A stretch of DNA of 64,000 nt. Origin: Squalus acanthias. Lineage: Eukaryota. The position numbers and the translations under genes were made by a program. Positions 22,258 through 34,620 of the stretch are shown here, one piece after another; within the stretch, counting starts at the first letter, position 1; each line of letters starts with the position of its first letter. The notes under the pieces were generated by a model. The model was not told where the DNA came from. It saw only the letters and a program-made list of their open reading frames with translations, and ran no database searches. The stretch lies in the NCBI GenBank assembly GCA_030390025.1, contig CM059429.1, positions 37,510,001-37,574,000 on the forward strand, given 5' to 3'.

Positions 22258-24935
22258 ATGTTCAGAAATCGTGCTCCAGCCCACTTCTGGTCAGGCTGAC
22301 CTTGAAAATCTAGGCTATTGTTTATTAAAAAGATCAAAATGAAAGGTACATGAGATATAACATAGCCTAGCAATCATGGTCCTGGTGGTGCACTACCAGA
22401 AGGGCATCGGGGCAGGACTTTCATCTGTTTGTTTGGCCTCCTCTTCACCCTGTCCCAAATAACCCGAGGAACTGCAGAAGTCAGAAATCAGAAAAGCTGA
22501 CGCAACTTTTGGAAAAGTGCTCCCTCAATGGTCTGCTGCCAAACAGCAATCAATCTCTTTTGGATGGATTGCCATTTAGAAATGGCATCGTGGGCCTCAC
22601 TTACGGCCCAGTAAGATAAGAATGTCTGCTTCATGCAGATGTACTTCTACTGCCCATACAGAAGGCAGAACCGGTGAAACTTACAGGGAGCCCGAGATCC
22701 CACCAGTCTTGTCTCCAAAAGTTAAGTCATTGTCGGAGAGTGGGGCAGCAGATGAAACCAGAAAGTGTTAGAAACCCGGAGGAAATGGACTCCGCCCCAA
22801 GTTCATGGCCTTCCCCTCCCATTACACCAGATTTCTGCCCCCAAGATAGTACAGTTTTTAGGCTCATATCTTTATGTTTGTTTAATACAAAACATAACCA
22901 ACTGTTCGTAAGAACCCAATTGTGTTATTCGGAGTTTAGAATACTGATTAGAATATAATCCATATGTTGTCAACTGATGTGTCAAACTCAGAGTTCAACT
23001 CTCTTACTGATAGAAAAATTAAAAAGTAAAAGATTTGAACTTTGGAAGTTGTATTCATTGCAAGTAGAAGATTGTTCCTTCTGGCACTATTCGGTATATG
23101 TCTGATTCCGTTTCTTGTTGCTTTCTATCATAGAAATTATGCATTACTCAAGGCTTCAGCTATTCTGAGTGGGAAAGTCCTGGCTTGTAGAAACCACAGC
23201 TCCAAATATTCAGGATGTGGGCTTTAATGTGTTGATAGATGTGGTTCCTTTGGAATGCATATTTCCTTGTTCAAGAACAAGAAACTAATTTTCTAAATAT
23301 AGTAAATAAACTCTCATGGTGAGGATCTGTTTTAAATTTACATTGTGCCAGGTCATTATTCCATCTGCTTTTCCATCTCATCACACACCAGATAAAAGGA
23401 ATTTATACAATATCCTTCCTCTCTGATACTTTTTATTTGCATTTATGTAACAGAGAGACAATTCTATACATTAAACCAAGAGACAGCATTGAATAAGTGT
23501 GGATGTCAGTATTCATAAATGACACGAGTAAGTCTTGGGCTTGTTTGAATGTGACTTTGCATGGTTTATGCCGGCAATTTGTTTGAAATCAGTTTGTTTC
23601 TAAAATATTTACAGTTGGCTCAGTTGTGATTTTTAACATTAACAGGCATTCTTCAGCATCAAGTCACCAGTGACGGTGCACCATACACAATTTTGCTCAT
23701 CATCATTCATTGTGCAATCACATTTGGACAATGTTTTGATATTTTCTCGATGACAAATCTTGGTTACTTTACTTAAGTATGATATCAAATTTATTAGTTC
23801 CTCTGTCCCTCCCCCAAAGTGTCCACCTCTGCTTTGGTCAGTCTGCTGACTCAATCCTATTACTCTAACTAGTGGCTGTAATATGCCATGTCATTCCAGC
23901 CCCAAATGGTACACTTTATCAGTGAATCACTAAGTTAGTATGGAGTTTTAGCTTTTAGTTTTAGATCAAAAATCTTGCGCAGTGCACACTTCCTGTGTCA
24001 TACTTACTTCCTGCCTGTTACGCTTTAAAACTTATCTACATATTATATTTCCCTCCCAAATAATTCTCCCAGATCCACCTCGAAGTCAAGTGGTTGTGTG
24101 GTCCTCTTATCTACAGCGTCAGCCCTACAAAAATCAGACCTGCCACCCAATGGGTCTTCCCCTGCTCTCTCTCTCCGTTTCTTCAGCTGCCCCAAGACCT
24201 AGGCTGCCATTTTTCTCCTTCAAAATGGCTTTCCCCTGCTCACCAATACATACTGCAGCCCCTTTCCTGACCTAGCCCGACCCAACCCACTGGCAATCCC
24301 TTTCTCTCGTCCAGCTTCTGTACTTCCACAGGCCAAAAGCTGCATTTCCACCATAATCTGGAATAGAAGTTAGATTCTTTAAGCACTTTCCATGCTTTAC
24401 TTTCCTGGTAAAAGCAAAGAAAGCATTAAAACATCTTAAAGCCCATCACCAATCATGCTCGGAATGTAGATTTTGATATGCAGCGATGGGACACCTTAAA
24501 GGGATTCCCCACAACTGAGCTAGGGAAGCCCCTGTTATTTAAATGGCAAAGAGCACTGTTTGTGCTTTAAATAGTAGAGGCTTCACAGCTCAGTGCTGCG
24601 TAAGCCTTTTCCTTTTTTTAACCTTCTGTGAAGGAAGAGAAATTAAAGAAGGCTTATATCAAATGTCTACACACAATTCCCATCAACTCATTACACTTGC
24701 ATATAACTGCTTTCTGTCACTTTTAATGATAGGCACATTTAGTTTAGGCAAGTTTCTTGCAGCTGATTGTCAGTAAACCTGCATATGAACCAATTTTTAA
24801 AAACAAAAAGAGAAAAAGCCTGTCGTTAGAATTGTAGCAGAAATTTCCCCAACAATAGAAAATACCTCATTAACACAGGAGTCAGAACGTCTTTAGACTA
24901 TGAAGTAAAAATATTAGAAAGAAATTAGAAATTTT

Positions 24936-25123
24936 GAGATAAACTTTCACTTTTACCACAGGGTAGAAAATGGGTGGTAGCGGAATGGCCGCCCGTTATA
25001 AATCCCACCTGATTTTTGTTTCTATTCATTTCAATGGAATTGAAAATCAGATGCGGTGTAAAACAAGCGGCCGATCCGCTACCACCCATTTTCTGCTCGG
25101 TGGTGAAAGTGAAAATTCACCCT
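24936..25123. mobile_element. Palindromic MITE (~190 bp, Harbinger-like)
   Basis: Long arms AGAAAATGGGTGGTAGCGGA/TCCGCTACCACCCATTTTCT around the centre TTCATTTCAATGGAA. Confidence 0.8.
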
Positions 25124-26728
25124 TCATTTTGCATTCTGTATCACACCCTGCACAGTTCCCTCAATAAACAATCAGGGGTAGGAATTGGTTATGGCCTGTT
25201 TTGGGCGTCTAACCACCGGCACTCAGACAATGCATGTCCCAACCAGAAGGCCCGGGGCTCACCTGAAATCAGGCCTCAGGTCTCGTTTCAATAATTTGAG
25301 CGAAAGCGTGGGCCTCATTAAAGACACACAGCTGTCAAGGCTCTTAACAACAACCCAATGGCCTGGCAGCAACTGCAATGCCTTCACTTGCAGCAGTCCA
25401 CTGAATCAGCACTATTTCAAGAAGGAGATGCTGCATCATGTTGCAGGCATATTGCTTGTGGCATACATATTATGGGCATTTAATTTGAGTTGGAAAATTC
25501 TAGCCAACCTTATCTTGGCTCGCTTTCTCAGTCCAGAGAATTTCTTCCTTATCTGCTCCCATGAACTATGGATCTGGGAGACACCATTCACTCTTTGTGC
25601 TACCTTCTGTCATGCATGGTGTGATTTATTCTCAGACAAGGGTCTCCCACTGCTCCAAGATTGAATACCCTCCTCCGTTTCACCTCTTCTGCCTGGTATT
25701 TCTACGGCGGTTATTCTGATCTCCTGTGGTAACTGCAACAGAAATCCCGGAGAAATGACATAAACAGCCGTTTACACCCTCTCACTCGGGTTACTGCTGA
25801 TCTTCCTCCGAAGTTACGGCAATATCTCCTCATCAAAGGGGAAAGCTCTAGCACTTGCCACTCGGGAAGATTCCATTGTCCCAGGTGAAGTCAGGCAAAA
25901 TGTGCATCAAAATTAGAAAGAGCAGTAGAACTTGAATAGTTGCTGTTCTCCCTAATCCCTGACCATATGCAGCCATAGTGTTACCAGCACTCAAGGAAAA
26001 TGCACAAGGAAGACACGTAAATTACCTTAATTAGCTACCCACACTGAATCCATCCACTGAGATCAACTCCCAACACCAGTTGCTCAAGTGCGCTTACACG
26101 TGTAGCAAGCCCAGGACCATTTTGCCTGTGATTGTGAAATCAGCCTTTATACCACAGTCCACGAGGGAAACATAAAAGAAACTGTAAGGCAAAATATTGT
26201 GATTGAAACCAAATGAAAAACTATTGTATAACACAGGAATCTGTAATATACCTTGCATATTTTAGCTTATGATGTCTATTTTTTGAGCGTGACAGTCTGA
26301 CTATCTGAATTCTGGATGGCAGTGTTGGCCTGGCCTCAATCAAACCTGTGTGGCTGCATAAACTAGTTGTTTTAACACATCTAGCTAACTCCCATGCCTG
26401 GTGGAGAGAGAAAGACAGACCGACATATTGTGCTAAGAAAACTAAACGAGCTGCCAAACTCAATCCAGAGTATCCATGTGAAGGCCAAGGGCCTGCTTTC
26501 ACAGCATAAAAATGGAAGCACCTTCATCCTCCTGTGACACATGCAAAGGCTTTCAGGCCTCTGTGATATGCATCTCAGTGCCCAGTGAAATGCCAGCCCT
26601 CCAGCTGACTGTTCCAGTTCATGTTATTACAAAGGTTCAGGTTGTTTGTAGCCTCACCGAGCACTTTGGCTCTGCTTTTGGTTAGTGCCTCTGAGCAATG
26701 CTTGGGGAGATTCCCTAGTAAACTTTAA

Positions 26729-27620
26729 GGGGTAAAAATTCACTTGGTTGCGCCTCCCGTTAGCGCCTTAAGAGGGCGCTAATGGGGCGCAAAGCCGCTA
26801 ACGCCCGGGCGCAGCGATGTTTGCGCCGCTCGAGAACTTAACTTGAGATTGTGCGGCGGCGCTAAAACTTACCGCTGCGACCACCTGCGCGCGCAGATTG
26901 TGACGTCATTCCATGGTGCAACGCCCTTGTGGCGCCCCGTAGCAGAAATTGAGTGGCGCCCCCTGCCTTACCGCCTGGCGCTTCCAACGACCAGAAGACT
27001 GGAACGCTATCAATCGCTGTGGGGCTGGGGAGGGCGCTATTTAAAGGGGGCCTCTTCCTGTCTTTTATTGTTGGTGGCATTTTTGAACTACGCATTCTGA
27101 GAGAGAGAGGGAGAGACTTCTGGAGAGATTCAACGTTGTGTGAAGGAGTTTTGGGTACTGAGCAGCACTTTGCAGGTTCATTTTGATTTGCCATTCCTTG
27201 TATCGATTTAGCAGAGACTGTGGGAGCTGCACTCTGAGCTCTTTGCCTGGTACTCTCCATTGTACTTTCCAGCACATTTGATGTGCAAGTCTCTCCAGGC
27301 CGAGATTCAAGGCTGCAATGAACAGGATGTGGATGGAAAGCAAGATTAACCATCCCCTTTAAGAACTGGCCCGTGCCATTGTGTGTGTGTTCCATTGCTG
27401 ACTGACATTACATGAGCTTCGCCAGCGCTCCGAGTTAGCGCCTCACTGCTCGCCCTTTGCGCCTTAAGAGAGGTGTGCAGCGCCTGCTTTAGCGCTCCAC
27501 TCACCTCCCGGGGCGGTAAAAGTGAAGTTTCCTGTCAGTGCCGATAATTAGCGCCAGGCGCTAATATTTGCGTCCGGACGATATTTGCGCCCCAAATGGG
27601 GCGCGACCTAATTTCTACCC
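26729..27620. mobile_element. Non-autonomous PIF/Harbinger element
   Basis: TIRs GGGGTAAAAATT/AATTTCTACCCC; 3-bp TSD TAA; GC-rich subterminal (T)AGCGCC/GGCGCT repeats. Confidence 0.85.
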
Positions 27621-28092
27621 CTAAGTATCTTTTGAAGTTCAAGCTACCAATATAAATAAAACCTGCTCTGACCACCGCTGTTTCAAACAGCAGTCTACAA
27701 GTGCAGTACTGTTCTCATGAATCTCTTTTCCCTTTCTCCTCTAGATGAACCAGCTGAGACTAGGCCGAAACGTGAGTGCCAGTATCAGTTGACACTTTGA
27801 CTCTGATAGTCATTGATTCTTCTGCAGTTCTGGTAAGATGAAAAATAATGGTTACTTGTGAATGCATCATTAGCCTATTCATACTGCACCAGGGAGACGT
27901 CACACTAATATCACAGAGTATTCTGCAGTATTGGTGCTTTTTGAAGAATTTTAATGCATCTTCTAAATGTTGCCAGTTATTTTATGTTCTTAAAATAAAT
28001 TGACATTTCATATTATGCACAAAAATCTGCATATCATTTTATTCAAAGAAATATACAAAATATAATGCAGATTTTATGGTCTAAAATATATT

Positions 28093-28844
28093 GGCCCAAA
28101 ATTTGCGGTCAGCGGCGAAGCAAAGGCGTCCGCCGCTGGCCCTGAAGAAAGCTGCCCACAGAGATCTCACAACCTCTGTGGCAAGAAGTTTGCCTCCTTC
28201 GACATGTAAGGGATTGCAGCGGTCTATAGTGGGGAATCCCTAGTGCAATCTGCTGTGACATCAACAAGCTGTCTAAGTAGCCAATCACAATGCAGAATTC
28301 TCACAGACAGGGAAGCAGGAAATGAGAACCTGCTTTAATCCCGACTTTTTAAAAATGTTACAGAGAGCTAAACAGAGATTGGGGCTCTCAGATGAGAATA
28401 AGGTAGAACCTAAAATAATCATGAACAAACGTTTAAAAAATAGATTTTTTTTTAAGTTTCTTAAAAATTGTAATTTTTATCATAAAGGAGAAATTTGACA
28501 CTTCACAAAATTAAAATTAGTTTTTCAGGGCCATAACGTTTGGTTAGCAGTCAATACGCTGTTAAAACCCCAGTTACACCTAATCCAACAAGGCCCAACA
28601 TTTAATGGGGTATTTAACAGCGATATTACTGAGGAAAAGCCCAAGTTTTCGTCAGTTTCCCTGATTTCCGGCTGTGGGGTGGGGTGGGGTGGGGGTGGCC
28701 ACAGTGCAGCCAGTGTCGGAGCAGTGAATGACTGACCGCAACTTCAGGATTTCCGCGTTAGGATAAGTTTGCTCTACATCCTGAAGTTGCGATCAGTTTC
28801 AAAGGGGTTCGTTCGCTGTTATTACCCATCGCAAATTCCGGTCC
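28093..28844. mobile_element. Non-autonomous Harbinger-like element
   Basis: TIRs GGCCCAAAATTTGCG/CGCAAATTCCGGTCC; 3-bp TSD ATT; internal similarity to 55457-56291. Confidence 0.8.
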
Positions 28845-31464
28845 ATTATTTCATACCTATTACTTAGCAGGGGCAAAACTGTCACATTTTTATTGTTTTT
28901 AATAAATGTCTGAAACCCATTTCCTCAGAGTAATGCCAGTATTCTTTCCCGGAAAGCAGACTACAGTTTAAAATCTGTAGAAGATTTACAGCATCTTAAG
29001 CTACAAAGAAAATGTTTGCCAGCACTACTGCACTTGTCATTCATCAGCGATACAAGCATAAAGTGTTTATTTGTTTGCAGATGCAAAATTAAGTGAAGCA
29101 GAACCTACCTGATCCTGTTTAATCCCATTGAAGCTTTGGTCCTTCCCTGAAGGGACTGCTTATTCCAGCCAGAGCCCAAAGTCAAGCCGTCAGTTTACTC
29201 AGCAAGGTTAGACAAGCACACGCAAGAATGATGACCTGCTTCTAAACAGCCTCAACCCAATCCCTGAGGACTTAAAAATAAAGGGGTTGAAATGAATACC
29301 TTTATCAGGGGACCTGAACTGTACTGCAAGATTAGAATAGAGCCATACAGATTCCTTAGATCTTTTTGGCTTTTCTATGAAGAATGGTGGAGACGGTGAA
29401 CTAATAAAGGCAAGGTCACGGACCACCAAGACCTAAAGGTTGATTTAAAATCACAGTCATTGTTTGCACAAGCTAAAGAATAAAGCTTAATACACCTAAT
29501 CAGAACATAAAGGATGGAGACAGCTGTGATTTCCACAACCTGCTTTTATAATCTATCTTTATCTGCTTTAAATGGAAGGCTGAAGCAGTGGTAATATCAG
29601 CATTCCAGAAACAAGATATTCTTTTGACAAAATCATTCTTAAAAACTGTCCTTTCTCTGAGGACTGCCGTAGCATTTCTTGACCTGACCATGGCTCCTTC
29701 CAAATAGTCTATAATTAAATGATAATGTAAATTGCAGAGGTTCTACAATCCATGCATTATTCTACCTCTAGTTTATTCAGCATTATAAATTTTCAGATAA
29801 AACAATATTATCAATTCCTAATGCTACAAAGTCCAGTTAGGGCCAGCTGTTACAGAATGCTTACTCATCTAGGAACAACTATAATGACAGAAAAACTATC
29901 TGCACTTTATGGTACCTCCTACTCTGTTACAAGTAGGAGTTAGCCAACTAAACAACATGCCAGGGAAAGTTACAAATCTTCTAGGAAAGCTCCTTCTCAA
30001 TTCAAGGGTAGCCATTCCTATCTAGCAGCTGAGGGAGCATACATAAACTCCCAGTGAGCTGGCTTTCAATTAAAAAGACACTATCCAAAGGTCTAAGTAG
30101 GGATAATGTCTAAATCTCCTCAATAGGTACATTATGATTATAATTAGCTACAACTAACTGTAGTATTGGAATATTCAATCTAAATTTCAAAATTTGAATG
30201 CTAACTGACTACCTATTATGATAGATCTATGACCATCACTCATAGTTTCTCTAAATGTCCTGCAGTTCTTCCACAAATGGGAGATATTGGAGGTTATCAG
30301 ACCATACGCCATTTTATTTGATGAATTCATAAGAGAATAGGCTTTTCTTTTGCCTGTCAAATTTAATCCACAATTTTAAATCTCATGGGACAATGGTATC
30401 CAGTCATCCAAGCTCCACCTCTGAGCCATACAGATCAAGGTGGTCATGTACTGAGTTAACTGATGTCAGCCAGGCAGCTTTAGGGTAAAGAAGGATAAAT
30501 TGCCAGGGCTCACGCTCGTGATTTCTATACCATGACTGCTGCCTGAATGTACTTGTGTGGACACTGATTGAAAACAAGATTAGGGTTGGCTGTGATGTCC
30601 TTCAAAGACCCTATGTTCTGGAATTCTGCTGCACTCACTTCCCAGCTCTGGAACTCTGTCATACCTGTCTCCTAGACCCAGGACCCTGCCTCAACATTTC
30701 TGCTTCCCGGGCTTAAGACTGCAGAGGTGATGTAGCAAACAAAATGTTTTGCAAAATGCTGTCATTCATTATTCTGTCAAATAATGGCATTAGAAAACAG
30801 AGTACATCTTAAATTCTCAACATAGAATGGCAGAAGTGGGCCACTGTGATGGAGTCCATGCCAGACAAGTGGCTTCCACCACACACCCTGCCCCCCCAAA
30901 AGATTGTTATTTAATATTTTTTCACAAATCTGCCCCTCATACAGCGGGCTGAGAGGTACCATGGTCAAAGTTGCGGAGGACTGGGCAATACCCCCACAAG
31001 GGCATATGGGTGCCGGAATTTCCAGCAGTAATGGACAGGCAGGGCAGCAGAGTTGTGCCAGAAGAAACTCTTGTAAATAAGGTGCCCACTCACTGATCCT
31101 GCAAACTCTGTTGGGGTCAGTGTTAGAGGGCACTGGTGAGCATGCTCCCAGCATAAGAGTCATTAAATCTAAACTGTCTATACTCTTTCGCTCTAAACTT
31201 AAGCCCATGTGCTCAGTTTGAGACAAACTTAAACATGTTATCAGAGTTCAATCCCCATAAAGATCACGAATAGTTGGAGAAAATCTCCCTTGATCCTTCT
31301 CCTCACCAGAATATCTAATCCTAAAGTCTCCAGCCTTTCCTCAAGACCTCAACCATACTAGATTTAGTAATGAGCTAAGCTGTTAACAGGTAAATCTACA
31401 GAAAAACAGTGCAAGGTATTCAAAGAAGTATTTTGTACAATACAAGACCAATACATACCCCTAA

Positions 31465-31580
31465 AAGAAGAAAAAGAACATACATTTATATACCGCTTTT
31501 GATGATCTCGGGACATCCCAAAGCGCTTTATAGTCAAAGAAATACTTTTGAAGTGTAGTCACTGTTGTAATGTAAGGAAA
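31465..31580 (-). mobile_element. Deu-SINE 3' tail fragment inserted in CR1
   Basis: AAAGCGCTTTATAG...TACTTTTGAAGTGTAGTCACTGTTGTAATG matches 13870-13924. Confidence 0.8.
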
Positions 31581-32393
31581 AAAGCAAAAGATCCACTTGT
31601 ACAGTTAAGCAACCATGGTCAACATATGAGGTGAGACACAGTATAAAGCTAAAGGAAGTGATTTACACAAATGCCAAGAAAAGTGATAATCGAACGGACT
31701 GGGAGAAATATAGAAAGCAACAAAGGGACACAAAGAAAATATTAAGAGCTGCAAAAAAGGGAATACGAAATAAAAACTTGCAAGTAATATACAGGCTAAT
31801 GGTGAATTTTTATAAATATATTAAGAGTAAGAGTGGCTAAGAGAGATGTGGGCCCATTAAAGACAGACACAGATGATACTGTATAGACAACAAGGTAATG
31901 GCAGATTTATTAAACAAGTACATTGTATCTGTTTTCATAGTAGAGGAAGAGGATAAAATACCAGTGATAGAGAAGGGAAACTAAAAATAAATTAAGGAGA
32001 GGAACTTATTGGATTCAATAAATGTTAAAAATGGTAATGGAGCAAATAATGGGACTTAAGAGAGATAAATCTCAAGGACCTGATGGTTTCCACCCCAGGG
32101 TATTAAAAGAAGTAGGTTAGAAAATTGCAGAAGCATTAGTCATAATCTTTCCAAGTTCTCTTGATTCAGGAATTGTATTGTTAGATTGGAAATTTGCTAA
32201 TGTCACTCCATTATTTAAGAAGGACAGGAGAGAGAAACCAGGTAACGACAGTTTAATGTCAATTATGGGAAAGCTAGTGTTGTATAGAGCCTTGGCCAGG
32301 CCCCATCTGGAGTAATGTGTTCAGTTTTGGGCACCACACCTCAGGAAGGATATATTGGCTGTGGAGGGGATGCAGGACAGATTCCCTAGAATG

Positions 32394-32511
32394 ATAAAAG
32401 CAAAATACTGCGGAAGCTGGAAATCTGAAATAAAAACAGGAAATACTCAGGTCAGGCAGCATCTGTGGAGAGAGAAACAGAGGTAACGTTTCAGGTCAAT
32501 GACCTGAAACT
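32394..32511 (-). mobile_element. Penelope-like family A terminal fragment
   Basis: Matches 41106-41230; ends in the short inversion GTTTCAGGTCAATGACCTGAAAC. Confidence 0.8.
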
Positions 32512-33007
32512 AATTGAATGGCAGAGCAGGTTCGAGGGGCTGAATGGCCTACTCCTGTTCCTAAGCTGGGTATCAGTTTCATTGCCCTTTTCTGCACTAC
32601 CTCCAATACCTGGATATCCTACCTTTGGTACAATGACTAGAATTGTACGCAGAACTCCAGGTATGGCCATACCAGAGCCTTGTATGGACTCATTAACACT
32701 TTCTGGAATTTGTGCTCTACCCCTCTGGGTATACATCCCAAGATTTGATTAGCTTTCCTTATTGCCTCCATACGCTAAGCTATGGTTGGTTTTAATGAGC
32801 TATCCACCAATTGCCTCAGCCCAAAAAAATGAAAACGATGGACAGGAAAAGAGCAGCTAAATGCAACCATAATGAATTCCAGGAGACCACAGTGGCCAAG
32901 AGACACATCGCTCAATACCTCACCTACCTTTTCCAATATCAGCCACAGCCACAAAACTGTCCAGTTCTTTTTTGAACACTTGCAGCAAATCTGCACTTAT
33001 TGCATGA

Positions 33008-34075
33008 TCAACAATTTGTTCCAAAAGTCGATAATTCTCTGCCATAAGTAAAACCTCCTGACATCTTACCTAGTTCCATACTTACATCAGTAATACACAT
33101 TTCCACGGTGTTTCTTAATCTATCTAATTCAAATAGTCCATCCACATGGTCATAGTCTAGTTCCTTCATTATTTTAAAGATATCAATCAAATTTCCCCCA
33201 AATCTACACTTTTCTAGAGTATAAAGATCCAGCTCTCTAAGCCTATCATGGTAACTAAGGGCTTTTAAGCTAGATATCAATCTTGCGGCCTTCCTCTGAA
33301 CCTTTTCCAGGGCCTCAATATCACCCACCAATGTGAGAGGACCGAAACTGAACACAGTATTCTAGATGAGGTATTATATAAGGACAATATAGTGCTTGTC
33401 CGACATCCAGTTTTGGATGAGCAGAAATTTTCTCCAATTAAATATTGGGAAGACCGAAGTCATTGTTTTCGGTCCCCGCCACAAACTCCATCCCTCTCCC
33501 TAACATCTGTCTGAGACTGAACCACACTGTTCGTAACCTTGGTGTCATATTTGACCCTGAAGTGAGCTTCCAACCACATATCCGTGGCATAACTAAGACC
33601 ACCTATTTACACCTCCGTAACATTGCCCATCTCTGCCCTTGCCTCAGTTCATCCGCTGCTGAAACCCTCATCCATGCCTTTGTTACCTCTAGACTTGACT
33701 ATTCCAACGCACTCCTGGCTGGCCTCCCACATTCTACCCTACGTAAAGTTGAGGTCATCCAAAACTCGGCTGCCCGTGTCCTAACTCGCACCAAGTCCCG
33801 TTCACCCATCACCCCTGTGCTCGCTGACCTACATTTGCTCCCGGTTAAGCAACGCCTCGATTTCAAAATTCTCATCCTTGTTTTCAAATCCCTCCATGGC
33901 ATCGCCCCTCCCTATCTCTGTAATCTCTGTTTTTGTTTTATATTGGATCATGCTAACAATACATCCTAATCCTCTACTTGGTTTTGCTATACCCTCACAG
34001 CACTGGTCATGAATCTTTAAAGATTCATGTACTATAACACCCATGTCTCCTTCCTGCTCAACAGACCTTAGTTTG
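33008..34075 (-). mobile_element. Old CR1 LINE 3' fragment interrupted by L2
   Basis: ORF 33008-33355 DIEALEKVQRKAARLI...LYTLEK; continues at 33930-34075 (DMGVIVHESLK). Confidence 0.8.
33393..33927 (+). mobile_element. L2 LINE ORF2 internal fragment lacking its 3' tail
   Basis: VRNLGVIFD...LIHAFVTSRLDYSNALL...QNSAARVLT. Confidence 0.9.
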
Positions 34076-34234
34076 AACCCTGCATGGTATTCACATGGTT
34101 GGCATTTGCCCTATCCACATGCATAATGCTACAGATGCTGGTCCATCCCCCATCACATCTAGATCTGATAGTACCTTAGATTTGAAAAATCTAGTACAAA
34201 TACGTGCATAAATCTTTGTATTATTGGCAAACCT

Positions 34235-34620
34235 GTGGACAGTTTTCCCTATTTATCAAAACCCTTTCTCATTTTGAACACCTGTATCAGATCTCCTCTT
34301 AACTTTCCCTGTTGTAAATCATGGAACCCCAGTTTTTCCAATCTCTCCTCATACTTTAAGTCTCTCATCCCTATTATCATTTTAGTGAATTTCTTCCTGC
34401 CGCCTTTCTATGGCCTTGACATCCTTCTTAAAATAGGGTGGCCAAAGCTGGCCACAATATTCGATTGGTTTAGTATTACCTCTTTGCTTCATAATTTATG
34501 CCCTTATTTAGAAAACATAAGACCCACATATGCTTTATTTTTTACAGCTTTATCAACTTCTTCTCCCACTTTTAAAGATTTGTGTATCTGAACCCCTTAA
34601 GCCTGCTCCTCTACCATTTT
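34235..34620 (-). mobile_element. Old CR1 LINE remnant
   Basis: Degenerate CR1 ORF2 C-terminal pattern (RGDLIQVFKM; LRRMSRP.K). Confidence 0.55.

Larger units (their letters stand above)
31360..32562 (+). mobile_element. Old, internally deleted CR1 LINE
   Basis: ORF2 remnants (FYKYIKSK, DKSQGPDGFHPRVLKEV, ANVTPLFKK, RPHLE*CVQFW); CR1 3' motif GGGGCTGAATGGCCTACTCCTGTTCC. Confidence 0.85.

Noticed and set aside
27738-27778. Hammerhead ribozyme (CTAGATGA...GGCCGAAACGT)
   Set aside because: Core is not CUGANGA, stem II does not pair cleanly, there is no NUH site and no Penelope context.
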